Below, in pieces: positions 10,785 through 20,916 of a stretch of DNA of 64,000 nt (position 1 is its first letter; each line of letters begins with the position of its first letter). Both the position numbers and the translations under genes were made by a program. The notes under the pieces are model-generated. The model had not been told where the DNA came from and searched no databases. It saw only the letters and a list, made by a program, of their open reading frames with translations. This DNA is from Firmicutes bacterium CAG:194 (GTDB taxonomy: Bacteria; Bacillota; Clostridia; Lachnospirales; Lachnospiraceae), in assembly GCA_000432915.1 (NCBI GenBank), contig HF995233.1, forward strand, positions 100,637 through 164,636. Direction: 5' to 3'.

Positions 10785-12134
10785 TTATTTTATTTCTGTT
10801 TTCTCAGACTCTTTTGAATCAGCTTCTTTTTCTTCCGGATTTGATACTTTTTCTCTGCCTTTGCGTTCTTTTTGCTTCGGTGGAGACAATTCTACAAAAT
10901 GATTATCCTTTATTTCCGACAAGAACATATAATCCTGGGTATTGGTTGAAAAGCCTCGCTTTACAAGCTGCTGATTGATAAGTGCTTTTATGCCGGCATA
11001 AATCACTGCAAATACTGGGACACCGATTGCCATACCAAGAATCCCCCAGTAACCACCAAATAATGTGATAGAAAAGATAACCCAGAAGCTGGATAAACCG
11101 GTTTTGTTTCCAAGAATCTTCGGTCCTAAGAAATTGCCGTCAAACTGCTGCAGAATCAAAACAAATATAGCAAAATACAATGCCTGTTTTGGATTTACCA
11201 TTAAAATCAGAACGATACTTGGAATCGCTCCAAGATATGGTCCGAAAAATGGAATAATATTTGTAATTCCTACAATCACACTGATCAGAACCGGATATGG
11301 CAATTGTAATAATGTCATGCCAATGAAGCATATTAAACCAATGATCAGGGAATCTACCAGCTTACCATTAATAAAACCACCAAATGTAGCATTGACAAAA
11401 CGGATATTGGAAATCAACTTATTAGCTGTCTCCTCTTCCCAGATTGCATAAATAATCTTCTTGGACTGTCCTGCAAAGCTTTCCTTGCTGAACAGTAAGT
11501 ATACGGAAATAATAAGACCGATCAGCAGATTCCACGCTGTCACAAGCAATCCCAGCATACTGGAAAAAATACTGCTCGAAAACTGCGTCAGTATTACGTT
11601 AAGCTGCGGAACCAGCTTGCTGTTCAGATAATCTTCCAGTTCATTGGAATACTGGTTGATCAGGGATGTTACAATTCCTGCCAGATCATCATTGTTCTCC
11701 AAAAGCTTTTGTATCCAGTCCTGCAGATTTGTTGCATATACAGGAAGCTGCAAAGCAATATTCTGGATACTGACAATAAGCTGCGGAATAATAGATGCAC
11801 AAAGCAGATAGATCAGTACAAATACAAATATAACCGTAATCAGTGCAGACAGCAGGCGCATCCTCTTCTTTGCCTTTGCACTTTCTGTATTCAGATTCAC
11901 CCTTTTACACAGCGGTATAAAGAAATCTCTTTCCATATGATTGACAAGCGGTGTCATCAGATATGCCAGAACAAGACCATCAATGATAGGCATACATGTT
12001 TTTGTAAATGTCCGGAAACCCGCCCGTACATTATTCATATGGAATAAAAAGTAATAAAAGATCAAAGAGGCTGCTATGACCAGAAAAGCAGTCACTCCCC
12101 AGTATACATATTTTTTTTCAAAACGAAATTTCAT
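10785..12134 (-). CDS. AI-2E family transporter (UPF0118 / PerM-like) with a charged C-terminal tail
   Basis: Multi-TM protein with the IIPFFGPYLGAIP core typical of AI-2E. Confidence 0.8.
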   Translation of the reverse strand: MKFRFEKKYVYWGVTAFLVIAASLIFYYFLFHMNNVRAGFRTFTKTCMPIIDGLVLAYLMTPLVNHMERDFFIPLCKRVNLNTESAKAKKRMRLLSALITVIFVFVLIYLLCASIIPQLIVSIQNIALQLPVYATNLQDWIQKLLENNDDLAGIVTSLINQYSNELEDYLNSKLVPQLNVILTQFSSSIFSSMLGLLVTAWNLLIGLIISVYLLFSKESFAGQSKKIIYAIWEEETANKLISNIRFVNATFGGFINGKLVDSLIIGLICFIGMTLLQLPYPVLISVIVGITNIIPFFGPYLGAIPSIVLILMVNPKQALYFAIFVLILQQFDGNFLGPKILGNKTGLSSFWVIFSITLFGGYWGILGMAIGVPVFAVIYAGIKALINQQLVKRGFSTNTQDYMFLSEIKDNHFVELSPPKQKERKGREKVSNPEEKEADSKESEKTEIK

Positions 12135-12178
12135 TTTACAGTTTCCTTCTATTGCTGATTTTGTTTCTTATATCCTGT

Positions 12179-12805
12179 TTATTTCTCGCGATTTTCAAAA
12201 TCCAGAATAAACTGCTTTAATAAATTTACCGTTCCTTCAATTCCTAAAACACTGCTGTTAACAGAGAGATCATAGGAATCACTGAAGCCCCATCGCTTGG
12301 AAGAATAATAATTATAATAGCTCTGACGCTGCTTATCCTTTTTCAGGATCATTTCTTTGGCTTTAGATTCTGTCAGATCATATTTTTTCATAATACGTTT
12401 GATCTTGACATCCATATCGCCATGGATAAAAACACTGATACAATTTGGATTGTCAGCCAGTGCATAATCCGCACAACGACCTACAATGATACAAGGTCCT
12501 TCAGCCGCGATCTTCTTAATCGCATCAAATTGTGCCAGAAATACTTTCTGACTGATTGGCATGTCTACAAGTCCTGCGGCATTGTACCCAAAGGAATAAG
12601 TATCCATAACCAGATTATACAAAAAACTGTTGGTTGGCCTTTCATCATGTGTATGGATCAATTCCTCACAGAATCCACTCTCCTTTGCCGCTCTTGTCAA
12701 AAGCTCTTTGTCATAGCATTTGATACCAAGCTCCTCTGCAAGTTTTTCGCCGATTTCACGTCCGGCCGAACCAAATTGACGTCCGATTGTAATAATTGTA
12801 TTCAT
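12179..12805 (-). CDS. Cytidylate kinase-like family P-loop protein
   Basis: ITIGRQFGSAGREIGEKLAEELG N-terminal Walker A-like region, about 208 aa. Confidence 0.6.
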   Translation of the reverse strand: MNTIITIGRQFGSAGREIGEKLAEELGIKCYDKELLTRAAKESGFCEELIHTHDERPTNSFLYNLVMDTYSFGYNAAGLVDMPISQKVFLAQFDAIKKIAAEGPCIIVGRCADYALADNPNCISVFIHGDMDVKIKRIMKKYDLTESKAKEMILKKDKQRQSYYNYYSSKRWGFSDSYDLSVNSSVLGIEGTVNLLKQFILDFENREK

Positions 12806-12914
12806 ATGAAAAACCTCCTTGCCTGAATTATACGTATTTGTTTTTATATGTCAAATTATAACAAATTCCCTCTACAATTACAATTTCTTTTTGTATATAA
12901 TATATAATTCTCAA

Positions 12915-13910
12915 CTACAATTTTACCCATTTTTGAGAACGCAGCCTGACTGTTTTCCCGAGTTTCAGTTTATTGTTTTTCTTCTGAAAGCTTTTTACCT
13001 TATAATAATATTTTTTTCCGGTCTTCACTTTTTTATCGGTATATCCTGTGATCCTGCCCTTTTGGATCGTTTTTATTTTTTGATATTTTCCATTTTTGGA
13101 TGTTGCACGATAAATCACATATCCATCTGCATTTGCCACTTTCTTCCATTTCAGGCAGACTGCTTTTTTCTGTGTATTCTGATCAGATGTTGTTTCGCCT
13201 GTTCCGGTAACTGTCACTGTAAATGTAGTCGTCAGCTTTTGATAAGATACCGTTACAGTCTGTTTTCCGGTCTTGTTTTTATTGTATCCGCTGCACATTT
13301 TATCACTGATCGGAACATAACTGTTTCCGTGCCATTTACAGTCTGCAACCAGATACAAGTCCATATCGGATATGGTGCTGCCTTTTTTGACACTGAGATC
13401 CGTACCGCCCTTTACGGAAAGAGATTCGAACTGACATCCTCCCACAAAAAGCTGTACCCAGTAATGTCTGAAATAACCATTTGTATCCTGACTGTAACCG
13501 ACGCCTAAATGTGTCAGCGATGCATTCATCATATTCTGCTTATGCCCCGGGCTGTTCCACCAACTGTTTATCACCTGTTCTGCCGATGACTGACCGGCTG
13601 CTATATTTTCGGCAACACTCCGGTAAAAGATATCCTGCTCAGCTAAAACAGAAAAACAGGTTGTTCCGTCCGGACGCGTATGCGAAAAATAGCTTTCTGT
13701 TTCTGCCACACGGATACCTGCCGCTTTCTGCAGCTTCTTCGTCGTGGATAAAGGTTCTAACCCCAGATTTAGTCTTTTTTGATTGGTCAGCTTTAAAACC
13801 TCCCACTCTTCTTTGGAACAAACAGATGGCTTCTGTGCCATAACCGGTGTTACAACAACTGTTGTAAACAATAAAAGCAAGCTCATAATCTGCAGAATTC
13901 GTTTCTTCAT
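12915..13910 (-). CDS. Secreted CAP/SCP (PR-1-like) domain protein with a C-terminal beta-rich repeat region
   Basis: Signal peptide MKKRILQIMSLLLLFTTVVVTPVMA. CAP motifs HYWVQLF and NSWWNSPGHKQNM. Confidence 0.65.
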   Translation of the reverse strand: MKKRILQIMSLLLLFTTVVVTPVMAQKPSVCSKEEWEVLKLTNQKRLNLGLEPLSTTKKLQKAAGIRVAETESYFSHTRPDGTTCFSVLAEQDIFYRSVAENIAAGQSSAEQVINSWWNSPGHKQNMMNASLTHLGVGYSQDTNGYFRHYWVQLFVGGCQFESLSVKGGTDLSVKKGSTISDMDLYLVADCKWHGNSYVPISDKMCSGYNKNKTGKQTVTVSYQKLTTTFTVTVTGTGETTSDQNTQKKAVCLKWKKVANADGYVIYRATSKNGKYQKIKTIQKGRITGYTDKKVKTGKKYYYKVKSFQKKNNKLKLGKTVRLRSQKWVKL

Positions 13911-13945
13911 TGCATCCTCCCTCATTCATATTACAATAACATTCG

Positions 13946-15561
13946 TTAGAAATGGATCTCTATTAACTGTACTTTAGCCTGTCCTTTATAAACAAGATAT
14001 AAAGCATGGACACCATCCGGTATTCCTATCTGTACAGTTACTTTTTTCCAGTCTTCCGCCTTTTCATCCAGTAAAAGCGTTCCTATTTCATTTTCTGCTG
14101 TATCAATGCATATCCCGAATTGCGGCGCATTTTCTGTTGACTGTCTCGGTTTGACTATATCGGTCAAAGTATCTTTTTCAGCATATGTATTCGCAAAATT
14201 CTCATCATCCTGACTACGGATATCCGTACGATATCTTCCATCAAAGATCACGCGATTCTTCTCGGTTTCCATCCGATAGGTAATCCCAAATTGCTTTACA
14301 GACCTGCATTCGAAATATTTATAACCGATCAGGGTGTGATCTTCTATTTCCGCAATAAATCGCTCCTGCCCCTTATGTGTAACATTTGGAAACGAGATCT
14401 GAAACACACTGTTAGACCCGTGTGGCATATGTCCGTTTGTCAGATTGCAGGCGATCACTGCCGGATAGGTGCCTTCTGCTGACAGCGGTCCATCATTCAA
14501 TCCGCAGCTTGTCATTTCTGCCTGTGGAATGCTGCCATCTTCCAAAATACGTATTTTCTCCGCACATGCCTGTCTGCTATAATCAGATTTATGTGTCAGA
14601 CGATGGTAAAAAACATACCATTGCCCATTAATTTCAATGATGCTGCCATGTGTAGTTCCTGTCATATTCAGCTTATGCTGTGCATCTCTGCCGCGATAAC
14701 CGATATCACCATTGGATACGATCGTTCCGCCGAAAACAAAGTCCCGATCAGGCTGATCACTCGTTGCATAACAGAGCTCATGATTCTGCCAGGAAGAATA
14801 GATAAAATAATACTTCTTTCCGACCTTATGCATGGATGAACCTTCAAAAAACGGGTGTGCTTCAAAGCTTGTGCCTTTTACCCGATACGGAATAATATGC
14901 TTTGCTTCTTCCTTTACCGTCAGCATATCATCGGAAAGAACTGCCATGACCGGTCCCATGATACTGTCCGGATAACTGAAAATTTCTTCCCGGCTCCGTC
15001 CGAACATTTCTATCTCATCCTGCAGGTAAAAATCATTTGTCAAAAAATCGTTGCGTTCCTCATAGTCATACTGTGTTCCGTAATAAAGCCGGATCGTTCC
15101 GTCGTCATTGAGCACCGCCGGATCAAAACAAATATATTTCAGCATGGGACTGCCATCCGGATTTTTCACAACGCCGAGGTATTCATACTGCCCGGCCGGC
15201 GTATCACAGACAGCCACACTGACAGGGCCCTGATAACCACCCTGTCCATAATCTCCGCCCATGCAGTAATACAGATAAAAACGACCATCATTGCCCTGTA
15301 CCACATCCGGTGCATACATATACTGCGGAGCGGGATAACGCGGATCCTGTTTTGCCTGATAAATTACGCCCTCATACCGCCAGTCCGTCAGATCATCTAC
15401 CGGTGCGGAATAACAGACATAATCGAGCATACAGAAAGTGTCGCCGCCTTCCTTGTCATGTGAACCATAATGATATACCCTGTCACCGAACACATGCGGT
15501 TCTCCATCCGGAATATATTCATAAAGCGGTAAAAATGGATTATATATTTGATTTTCTTCAT
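13946..15561 (-). CDS. Glycoside hydrolase family 43-type (beta-propeller plus C-terminal beta-sandwich). The N-terminus is disrupted by an apparent 1-nt frameshift in the first ~20 nt of the gene (short A/T run, A4 not A5).
   Basis: Conserved residues NPFLPLYEYIPDGEPHVFGDRVYHYGSHD are in frame upstream of the first in-frame start (GTG at 15493). The RBS-associated ATG at 15561 is in a different frame. Confidence 0.55.
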
Positions 15562-15738
15562 AAGTCTTTCCTTTCTACTTTTCACTCTGTCGATAAATAG
15601 AATTGTATTTTTGTAAATAAGACTTATTTATAGTCTTATTATAAATGTGATTCCTATAGTTTGTAAAGAAAAAATATGTTACAATCAATATGATACCGCT
15701 AAATCATGTATGCATCAACACAAAAAGGGGAATTAACT

Positions 15739-16104
15739 ATGTCAGAAGTAATAACCATGAAACGAAACAATAGTGATGAGAATACAACGCTCGCAATGCT
15801 GGCGAATGATTTCATCCGCAAAATGTCTATTCACAAGATCTGCCGGGTACAGAAAGCCGGGGGAAAAGCAATTCTTATCTGTTTTGAAGAATATTATTAC
15901 AGAGTTGAAAGCGCTGTATCACTGACCGTTATGCTTACACAGGAAGATAACTCACAGGATGCTTTTATCATTGGTTTTGGTGGTGGACATGGTCTTTTGA
16001 ATATTTCCTGGGGTGCAAATGAATCGATTGCCAAGAAAGCGTATAACGCATTAGCAGAACTGGGATTTGAAAAAGATGACAGTGTGACGGGGATGTATTT
16101 ATAA
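15739..16104 (+). CDS. Hypothetical protein (122 aa)
   Basis: GGGGA RBS upstream. No recognisable motif. Confidence 0.3.
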   Translation: MSEVITMKRNNSDENTTLAMLANDFIRKMSIHKICRVQKAGGKAILICFEEYYYRVESAVSLTVMLTQEDNSQDAFIIGFGGGHGLLNISWGANESIAKKAYNALAELGFEKDDSVTGMYL

Positions 16105-16200
16105 ACAATTATAACTTTTGCAAATAATTTTCAAGCTGGTGAAAAATACCTACCACATTTGTTCTTCAATTCTTTTATTGGAATAATTTGTGGCATATCA

Positions 16201-16250
16201 TCTAAAATAGGGCTATTCAAACATATACTCTGTTTGAATAGCCCTAAAAT
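16201..16250. terminator. Bidirectional terminator, 15-bp stem
   Basis: TAGGGCTATTCAAAC-atatactct-GTTTGAATAGCCCTA, flanked by A and T runs. Confidence 0.65.
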
Positions 16251-16269
16251 TTACATTTTAAATCTATAT

Positions 16270-17289
16270 TTAGAATTTACCAGCCTTTGCAGCTTCTTCG
16301 ATAGAAACGGCTGTAGAAACAGTCATACCTACCATTGGGTTATTACCAGCGCCGATCAGACCCATCATTTCTACGTGAGCAGGAACTGATGAAGAACCAG
16401 CGAACTGTGCATCTGAATGCATACGGCCCATTGTATCTGTCATACCATAAGATGCAGGACCTGCAGCCATGTTATCCGGATGAAGTGTACGTCCTGTACC
16501 ACCGCCTGATGCTACTGAGAAGTACTTCTTACCGGCTTCAAGTCTTTCTTTCTTATAAGTACCGGCTACCGGATGCTGGAAACGAGTCGGGTTTGTAGAG
16601 TTACCTGTGATAGATACGTCTACATTTTCTTTCCACATGATTGCAACGCCTTCCGGAACAGAGTTTGCACCGTAGCAGTTAACCTTGGCACGTGGAGAAT
16701 CAGCGTCTTTAGAGTAGCACTTGCGTGATACTTCTTTTACTGTATTTGTATATGGATCATATTCTGTCTCAACAAATGTAAATCCGTTGATACGGGAAAT
16801 GATCTGAGCTGCGTCTTTTCCAAGACCGTTTAAGATAACACGGAGAGGTTTCTGACGAACCTTGTTAGCCTTTTCTGCGATACCGATAGCACCTTCAGCA
16901 GCTGCGAATGATTCATGACCGGCTAAGAAAGCGAAACACTCTGTATCCTCTTCCAGAAGCATTTTACCAAGGTTACCATGTCCAAGACCTACCTTACGTG
17001 TATCAGCAACAGAACCAGGAATACAGAAAGCCTGAAGTCCTTCGCCGATTGCTGCAGCAGCATCAGCAGCCTTGCGGCAGTTTTTCTTGATTGCGATTGC
17101 TGCACCTACTGTGTAAGCCCATTTTGCGTTTTCAAAACAGATTGGCTGAATGCCTTCGATCAGACTGTAAACATCGATTCCAGCAGCCATTGTAATATCT
17201 TTACATTCCTCAATTGAATTAATGCCATACTCTTTTAATACAGCAAGAATCTGAGGCTCTCTTCTTTCATATGATTCAAATAATGCCAT
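16270..17289 (-). CDS. GGGtGRT family protein (uncharacterised conserved family)
   Basis: Contains the literal GGGTGRT motif (SGGGTGRTLHPD), about 339 aa. Confidence 0.65.
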   Translation of the reverse strand: MALFESYERREPQILAVLKEYGINSIEECKDITMAAGIDVYSLIEGIQPICFENAKWAYTVGAAIAIKKNCRKAADAAAAIGEGLQAFCIPGSVADTRKVGLGHGNLGKMLLEEDTECFAFLAGHESFAAAEGAIGIAEKANKVRQKPLRVILNGLGKDAAQIISRINGFTFVETEYDPYTNTVKEVSRKCYSKDADSPRAKVNCYGANSVPEGVAIMWKENVDVSITGNSTNPTRFQHPVAGTYKKERLEAGKKYFSVASGGGTGRTLHPDNMAAGPASYGMTDTMGRMHSDAQFAGSSSVPAHVEMMGLIGAGNNPMVGMTVSTAVSIEEAAKAGKF

Positions 17290-17308
17290 CTATTTATCCT
17301 CCTATTCC

Positions 17309-18001
17309 TTACTCTTTTCTAGGGTCAATTACACGTACAGCATCCTGTACACGACCATACTGACCTGAAGCTTTTTCATATGCTGTAGCAGCATCATCGC
17401 CGGCTTTGATGAAGTCCATCATCTTACCGAAGTTTACATATTTGTAACCGATGATCTCATCAGCTTCGTCAAGGGCAATACCTGTAATATAACCATCTGT
17501 AAGTTCAAGGTATCTAGGTCCTTTGGAAAGAGTTCCGTATGTAGTACCAACCATAGAACGGGTTCCTTTACCAAGATCTTCCAGACCAGCACCGATTGCA
17601 AGACCGTCTTCAGAGAAGGCAGACTGTGAACGACCGTAAACGATCTGTAAGAACAACTCTCTCATAGCAGTGTTGATTGCATCACATACAAGGTCTGTAT
17701 TTAATGCTTCCATAACTGTTAAGCCCGGAAGGATTTCTGCTGCCATAGCTGCTGAATGAGTCATACCGGAACATCCGATTGTCTCAACTAAAGCTTCCTG
17801 GATAATACCTTCCTTAACGTTTAAGGATAATTTACAAGCACCCTGCTGTGGTGCACACCAGCCAATACCGTGTGTATAGCCAGAAATATCCTTCACTTCT
17901 TTTGCCTGAACCCATTTTGCTTCTTCTGGGATTGGTGCACAGCCATGATGAACGCCCTGTGCAACTGGACACATTTCTTCCACTTCTTTTGAATAAATCA
18001 T
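17309..18001 (-). CDS. Uncharacterised Cys/His-rich protein co-transcribed with the GGGtGRT gene
   Basis: MCPVAQGVHHGCAP, GWCAPQQGAC and TIGCSGMTH motifs. The gap to the downstream gene is 19 nt. Confidence 0.35.
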   Translation of the reverse strand: MIYSKEVEEMCPVAQGVHHGCAPIPEEAKWVQAKEVKDISGYTHGIGWCAPQQGACKLSLNVKEGIIQEALVETIGCSGMTHSAAMAAEILPGLTVMEALNTDLVCDAINTAMRELFLQIVYGRSQSAFSEDGLAIGAGLEDLGKGTRSMVGTTYGTLSKGPRYLELTDGYITGIALDEADEIIGYKYVNFGKMMDFIKAGDDAATAYEKASGQYGRVQDAVRVIDPRKE

Positions 18002-18172
18002 GTGAAAACTCCTTTCAAAATGTACTTTATTTTATCAACAAAATATCACATGTATATTTTGTCAAAATCACCGTTATCATTTTCGCATATTTCCACAAAA
18101 AAATCCAGTCATTTTTATGTTTTTTTCCATATACACGCTGCATGGTTTTCTGCAGAAAACAGCCATTTTTAC

Positions 18173-18874
18173 TTATTTGGGATCCTTCTTGAGTTTTACC
18201 TTCTGTACAACCTTGCCCGGTGCCTTATAAATGGAGTTTTCATTTACAAGTCCTCTGACATTGGAAAGCGGATAAATGCTGCAGTTTCTGCCGATGATCG
18301 TACCGGGATTCAAAACGCTGTTACAGCCGATCTGGGAAAAATCTCCGACAATCGCACCAAACTTGCGCAGCTTGGTATCCATTTTGCCGAGTGCAAAATT
18401 CACTTCTACATTGCTCTTGTCGTTTTTGACGTTAGATGTAATTGCACCTGCTCCGAGATGGGAACGGAAGCCTAAAATACTGTCACCGACATAATTGTAA
18501 TGCGGGATCTGTACCTCATCAAAGATGATACTGTTCTTAACCTCTGTGGAATTACCAATCACGCAGTTTTTGCCAATGATCGCACTGCCACGGATAAATG
18601 CGCAGTGACGGACTTCCGTGCCTGCATCGATGATACACGGACCGCCGATATAAGCGGTCGGTGCAATGACTGCTGATTTTGAGATCCATACATTACTGCC
18701 GCGCTGCTCAAATTCCTCACTTGGCAGCATCGGCCCCAACTGTTCAATAAAAATGCTGATCGATGGCAGAACCTCCCAAGGATTCTCCACCGGATCAAAC
18801 ATGTATTTTGCGATGGTGTGTTCAACATCAAGATACTTTGATACCTGAAATAATTCCATTTGCTTTCCCTCCAT
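18173..18874 (-). CDS. Left-handed beta-helix (hexapeptide-repeat) acyltransferase, similar to the GlmU C-terminal domain
   Basis: Repeated [LIV]G-x-x-x-x hexapeptides: IGKNCVIGNSTEV, LGAGAITSNV, IGCNSVLNPGTIIGRNCSI. Confidence 0.6.
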   Translation of the reverse strand: MEGKQMELFQVSKYLDVEHTIAKYMFDPVENPWEVLPSISIFIEQLGPMLPSEEFEQRGSNVWISKSAVIAPTAYIGGPCIIDAGTEVRHCAFIRGSAIIGKNCVIGNSTEVKNSIIFDEVQIPHYNYVGDSILGFRSHLGAGAITSNVKNDKSNVEVNFALGKMDTKLRKFGAIVGDFSQIGCNSVLNPGTIIGRNCSIYPLSNVRGLVNENSIYKAPGKVVQKVKLKKDPK

Positions 18875-18877
18875 AAG

Positions 18878-20914
18878 TTATGATTTTTTATTTTTGACAG
18901 CAGGATAATATTTTGCTGCTTCGCAGAATCTGTGCTCCAGCAGACTGCGCTGGTTTGTCTGTTTGACATATTCCGTTCTGCGGACGATAAAACCTTCCAG
19001 CTTTTCCAAATATTCATCCTGACTGATCACGCCGTCTGCGACCTGTGTCAGCCCCTTCTCCCAGCTCGCGGTAAGCTTTGGATCAAGAAGTGACCGGATA
19101 GAACAGTTAACGACTTCATAAATACTCTCACCAAGCAGCGTCGGCGTAATGATCTGCGTCTTTTTATTCAGTGCCAGATACTTGTTATTGACCAGTTTTT
19201 TCAGGATCTCCGCTCTTGTTGCAGAAGTACCGATCCCGCTTCCTTTGATCTGTGCCCTGAGTTCTTCATCTTCGATCAGCTGCCCTGCGTTTTCCATGGC
19301 AAGGATCATCGATCCTGAATTGTATCGTTTTGGCGGTGAAGTCTCTCCTTCCTTTATTGAGAAACCGTTCCCGTCTATTATATCATTTTTTTTCAGAGAA
19401 GACAGTATTTTTAACAAATTCTCATCACAAGCGGTATCTGTTTCTTCCTCCTGCTCTTTTTCCTTTGTTTTTTCCGCTTCTTCTGTCTTTTTACCAAAGC
19501 TGTACTGCATCAGTTCCAGATACCCTGCGCTCGAAAGTACTTTAAAGTTGGCAAAAAACTGTTCGCTGCCACGCTGCACGCAAAGTGCGATCTTCTGGTA
19601 AACAGCCGGCGGGCAGAAAATGGAAAGGAATCGTCTGACAATGACCTCATATACCTTTGCAGACGTTGCATGCAATGAAGAAAGTGCCGCAAGTCCCTGA
19701 CCGGTCGGAATAATCGCATAGTGATCCGTGATCTGCTTGTCATTGACATATTTTGTCTTTGCCAGATTCTGATAAGTTTTCTTTTCCAGAATATATTTCA
19801 CATACGGTCCGACGCCCGGATACGATGCAAGACCGCTGATATTTTTTGTGATTTCCTTGGAAACCGCTGTGGAAAGCACACGTGCATCCGTACGCGGATA
19901 GGTTGTCAGCTTCTTTTCATACAGCTCCTGCACAATCTGCAGTGTCTGATCCGGGCTGATCTTAAACAGCTTGGTGCATTCGTTCTGCAGCTCCGCCAGA
20001 TTAAACAAAAGCGGTGGATTTTTCGTTTCTTTCTTTTTCTCTGCTTTTACCACCTGAAACTGCAACGGCTGTGGCTGCATTAGTGCGTCAATCAGTTTCT
20101 GTGCATCTTCCTGCTTTTTGAATCCGTTTTCTTTATACAGAAGCGGTGATTCAAAGTAAGCAGATCCCTTGACAGCTCTCCATTCTGCATCCACTGCCTT
20201 ATCGCCGATCTGCAGGCTGGCAAGGACACGGTAAAACGGTGTTTTGACAAAATTACGGATCTCCCGTTCTCTGTCCACTACCATGCCAAGCACACAGGTC
20301 ATGACACGGCCGACCGAGATCACTACCCGGTCCTGATCCAGAAATTTTTTGACGTTATACCCATATTTCAAGGTCAGCACGCGTGAAAAATTAATGCCCA
20401 TCAGATAATCTTCTTTTGCCCGCAGATAAGCGGAAGAACACAGATTGTCATACGCGGACAGATCTTTCGCTTCCCGGATGCCACGCAGGATTTCTTCTTC
20501 CGTCTGGGAATCGATCCAGACACGTCTTCTTTCCTTGCCTGTCACATGTGCCTGCATTTCCACAAGCCTGTATATGTATTCTCCTTCCCGCCCCGAGTCG
20601 GTACAGACGTAAATAATATCCACATCCGACCGGTTCAATATACCGCTGACGATCTGAAACTGTTTTTTAACGCCGTCGATCACTTCGTATTTGAATTCCT
20701 TTGGAATGAAAGGAAGCGGTTCGATCGTCCATCTTTTCCATTTTTCATCATATGCTTCCGGATAGCTCATAGTAACCAGATGTCCGACACACCATGTGAC
20801 AATTGCTTCCTCAGACTCCATATAGCCATCTCGCGATTTCATATTATATTTTAATGCTTTCGCAAATTCTCTTGCTACACTCGGTTTTTCTGCTATAAAA
20901 ACCTGTTTTCCCAT
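18878..20914 (-). CDS. topB: DNA topoisomerase III
   Basis: TOPRIM N-terminus MGKQVFIAEKPSVAREFAKAL, TWCVGHLV, and a length of 678 aa. Confidence 0.9.
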   Translation of the reverse strand: MGKQVFIAEKPSVAREFAKALKYNMKSRDGYMESEEAIVTWCVGHLVTMSYPEAYDEKWKRWTIEPLPFIPKEFKYEVIDGVKKQFQIVSGILNRSDVDIIYVCTDSGREGEYIYRLVEMQAHVTGKERRRVWIDSQTEEEILRGIREAKDLSAYDNLCSSAYLRAKEDYLMGINFSRVLTLKYGYNVKKFLDQDRVVISVGRVMTCVLGMVVDREREIRNFVKTPFYRVLASLQIGDKAVDAEWRAVKGSAYFESPLLYKENGFKKQEDAQKLIDALMQPQPLQFQVVKAEKKKETKNPPLLFNLAELQNECTKLFKISPDQTLQIVQELYEKKLTTYPRTDARVLSTAVSKEITKNISGLASYPGVGPYVKYILEKKTYQNLAKTKYVNDKQITDHYAIIPTGQGLAALSSLHATSAKVYEVIVRRFLSIFCPPAVYQKIALCVQRGSEQFFANFKVLSSAGYLELMQYSFGKKTEEAEKTKEKEQEEETDTACDENLLKILSSLKKNDIIDGNGFSIKEGETSPPKRYNSGSMILAMENAGQLIEDEELRAQIKGSGIGTSATRAEILKKLVNNKYLALNKKTQIITPTLLGESIYEVVNCSIRSLLDPKLTASWEKGLTQVADGVISQDEYLEKLEGFIVRRTEYVKQTNQRSLLEHRFCEAAKYYPAVKNKKS

Positions 20915-20916
20915 AT

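Noticed and set aside
12819-13508. 229-aa + strand ORF
   Set aside because: Low-complexity F/I/C-rich translation, fully antisense to the well-supported CAP-domain gene.
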